Shown here piece after piece: positions 29,876 through 32,000 of a stretch of 32,000 bases of DNA (the first letter of the stretch is position 1; each line of letters opens with the position of its first letter). The stretch comes from Nitrosospira multiformis ATCC 25196 (GTDB taxonomy: Bacteria > Pseudomonadota > Gammaproteobacteria > Burkholderiales > Nitrosomonadaceae). Location: assembly GCF_000196355.1 (NCBI RefSeq), contig NC_007614.1:2280001-2312000 (forward strand). The letters are read 5' to 3'. A model generated the notes under the pieces. The model saw only the letters and a program-made list of their open reading frames with translations. It had not been told where the DNA came from and did no database searches. A program made the position numbers and the translations under genes.

Positions 29876-30135
29876 TTTTTTGATGCAACGTCCTGCAGGA
29901 TCGCCCGGTCCAGGCTCAACTCGGCAACCAGCTTCTTGAGCCGCCCGTTCTCTTCCTGCAGTTGCTTGAGCTCCCGCACCTGATCCGACTGCATCCCCGC
30001 GTACTGCTTCTTCCAGCGGTAGAACGTCTGTTCCGAGATTCCCACCTGCCGGATCAGATCCGCCACCGGCATCCCAAGCTCCGCCTGCTTTAATACCGCT
30101 ACGATCTGTTCTATTGAAAACCGCTTCTTCTTCAT
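29857..30135 (-). CDS. IS3-family orfA transposase (HTH, leucine zipper)
   Basis: MKKKRFSIEQIVAVLKQAELGMPVADLIRQVGISEQTFYRWKKQYAGM...LKQLQEENGRLKKLVAELSLDRAILQDV. Start at 30135. Confidence 0.92.
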   Translation of the reverse strand: MKKKRFSIEQIVAVLKQAELGMPVADLIRQVGISEQTFYRWKKQYAGMQSDQVRELKQLQEENGRLKKLVAELSLDRAILQDVASKKWPGPR

Positions 30136-30214
30136 GGCAAACACCCCTCCTTTCAAGGTCAAGTTTGCCGAAAAACTCACTTTCTGTCTGGTCCTGAATT
30201 CCTAAAGCAGATCA

Positions 30215-30618
30215 CCCTGATACTGCTAACGCAATTCTATATAGAACAATAAAACCCTTTCCTATAACGATTACATCAAAGGATGGAACTTCAAAGCAAA
30301 CGTTATATGTGGGTATTCCCGACAGGACAGGAGAAAGGGGAGGGGTTGAAGAGTTCTGGATTGATAGAGGATATTTTGTAGACAGAAAAGTTAATCTAAC
30401 TTTCATAAATGGAGTTTTGACTCAAGATGAGACTACGTACCCGAGCGAAATATTAGGTTTCCTATCCTTACCTCTTGAACTTCTTAATGGGATATCATTA
30501 TAACTGGAAGGTTTGATCAACGAACAGCAGAACTCCAAAAGCAGAAAGCCTACCTTGATGCGCTAAAACAACGTAACGAAGTACTACATGCTCCCGCAGA
30601 TGCAGGAAAGGCGCCATA
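30215..30618 (+). pseudogene. 3' remnant of an unknown gene interrupted by the IS element
   Basis: The frame is open from the IS edge: PDTANAILYRTIKPFPITITSKDGTSKQTLYVGIPDRTGERGGVEEFWIDRGYFVDRKVNLTFINGVLTQDETTYPSEILGFLSLPLELLNGISL*. A shifted frame then reads IIITGRFDQRTAELQKQKAYLDALKQRNEVLHAPADAGKAP*. Confidence 0.55.
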
Positions 30619-30762
30619 ATATAATGTATGAATACGACGACTTCGTGACAGTTTTGAAAAATTCAGACTGTTTTCAAGAAGTCATTCGTGAATTACAAGC
30701 GCAAAGAGATATTTCCAAGGTGGTTGGTTTTACGTGAGAACCACTTGGGTATACGGGCGTTT

Positions 30763-31752
30763 CTAATAACTAACCTTAAACGTGGGGCTATCCTCGGGCC
30801 GGGTCTTGCGATGATCATAGATCCGGGTCGTGGCGATATTCGCATGCCCGAGCCACTCCTGCACCTTGGCGATGTCTGCCCCGTTGTCCAGTGCATTGGT
30901 TGCGGCCGTGGCGCGCATGACATGTGGCCCCATGTTTTCCCCAAAAATCCCCAATTTCCTTAAATACTTCAGTACCACCTCGAAATAGATGGAATCGGGC
31001 GTGAGGGCCGTCAGGGTATGACCGTGCACATTGTTTTTGACTGGCCTAAACAAGGGCGCATCGGGATCGTGTCCATGGCCCGCGGCCTCCAGATACTCTT
31101 CGATCAGGGTCAGTGTGCCGGGGTGGGTGGGAATGAAGCGCATCTTGCCGCCCTTGCCCTTGATGCGCAGATGCGGCACTCCGCGGCGCGACTGGTTGTA
31201 GTCTTTCACCTTGAGGCGGGCCAATTCTTCGCGGCGGATGCCGTGATAGAGCAGGGCGGAGAGAATCGCCCGGTCGCGCTTGCCCTTGAGTGTCTTGGCA
31301 TTGGGAGCCTCGAGCAGGGCGCGCGCCTGGACGTCCCCCAATGCCGGCGTCTTGCCCTGCCAGGATTCTACCGGGGGGCGCTTCACGCCTTTGACCGGAT
31401 TGTGCGTGACCGCATTGGCTTCGCATAGGTACTCGAACAGGGAGGAGAGGGCCGCCAGTTTCCTGCGGATGGTGGCACCGCCCAGCTGCTCTTCTTCCAG
31501 GCGCTTCCTCCAGGCGAGCACATGGCTGCGGGTAATGAGCCGAAAATCCTCCGGGCTGACGATGCCGGCAAAAGCCATGAAGCCGCGCAAATCGTTCTGG
31601 TACGCGCGTCGGGTCTGCAGGCTGTCGATGTTGGCGAACCATTCGATCTCGGGTGGAACTTCCGCAAGTTTGCGAAATTGGGCGGAGGTCAGGGCACTGC
31701 CGGCGGCAGGCGCAGCCGGGGCGGCGGGGGAAATCATCAGTTCTTCACTCAT
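30763..31752 (-). CDS. Tyrosine recombinase / phage-type integrase (XerC/D-like)
   Basis: N-terminal SAM-like domain (TRRAYQNDLRGFMAFAG) and catalytic motifs YHGIRREELARLKVKD, HVMRATAATNALDNGADIAKVQEWLGHANIATTRIYD. Confidence 0.92.
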   Translation of the reverse strand: MSEELMISPAAPAAPAAGSALTSAQFRKLAEVPPEIEWFANIDSLQTRRAYQNDLRGFMAFAGIVSPEDFRLITRSHVLAWRKRLEEEQLGGATIRRKLAALSSLFEYLCEANAVTHNPVKGVKRPPVESWQGKTPALGDVQARALLEAPNAKTLKGKRDRAILSALLYHGIRREELARLKVKDYNQSRRGVPHLRIKGKGGKMRFIPTHPGTLTLIEEYLEAAGHGHDPDAPLFRPVKNNVHGHTLTALTPDSIYFEVVLKYLRKLGIFGENMGPHVMRATAATNALDNGADIAKVQEWLGHANIATTRIYDHRKTRPEDSPTFKVSY

Positions 31753-32000
31753 GCCAATTTATCCTGGGGGGAAGTACGGCTATATCTATGTTGATCATGT
31801 GGATAACCCTTTTTCAACACAAATAACCAATACCAGGCGACGATCATGGGGACGGAGGCGAATCCTCCCGCTCCCGGATCTTCTCCCTCCGCCTTCACCA
31901 ACATATCTGTGGCAGTGACCGAGATACAGGGCGAGGGCTGGGAAAAACTCCAACCTGCATCTCCCCAAATTTTTTCCCATATATATATATGCACACCATT

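Larger units (their letters stand above)
28983..30214 (-). mobile_element. IS3-family insertion sequence (about 1232 bp)
   Basis: Terminal inverted repeats TGATCTGCTTGGGTTTCCAGGACCA (left) and, as reverse complement of the right end, TGATCTGCTTTAGGAATTCAGGACCA; contains overlapping orfA and orfB. Confidence 0.93.

Noticed and set aside
31980-31992. ATATATATATATA simple repeat near the window end
   Set aside because: Too short and ordinary; could only matter with sequence beyond the window.
31749-31994. Minus-strand ORF of 81 aa at the right edge (and its overlapping 61-aa neighbour)
   Set aside because: No recognisable motif and overlaps the recombinase upstream region; not supportable as a gene.

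Overview
This 32 kb window looks like a betaproteobacterial ammonia-oxidizer chromosome (Nitrosospira/Nitrosomonas-like; this is inferred from the gene content and the NirK type). Positions 1-22.3 kb are mostly ordinary chromosome: an Mla/MCE-type ABC transporter, lipA/lipB and the ybeD-dat-dacA cluster, a HerA-like ATPase, sucCD, a PP2C phosphatase, a copper nitrite reductase (nirK), an NDH-2-type oxidoreductase, and a DnaQ/GIY-YIG nuclease. From about 22.3 kb the region is accessory-like: an SNase, a divergent antitoxin-like HTH ORF, a Cu-type P-type ATPase, gene remnants, an ATP-grasp gene between a full and a truncated copy of the same IS3-family element, and a tyrosine recombinase. I found no convincing new multi-gene defence or biosynthetic system. 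The most interesting signals are: (1) a candidate sRNA at about 18335-18427 whose hairpin carries CCTCCTCCC, an anti-Shine-Dalgarno motif resembling 'cuckoo' RNAs, with a promoter-like element and an intrinsic terminator, in a roughly 1 kb stretch with no convincing CDS; (2) a NirK with an extra N-terminal cupredoxin domain that keeps apparent type-1 copper ligands; (3) an IS3-family insertion with a frameshifted transposase, a truncated partner end and interrupted host genes; (4) a 27-aa membrane microprotein followed by a strong hairpin.
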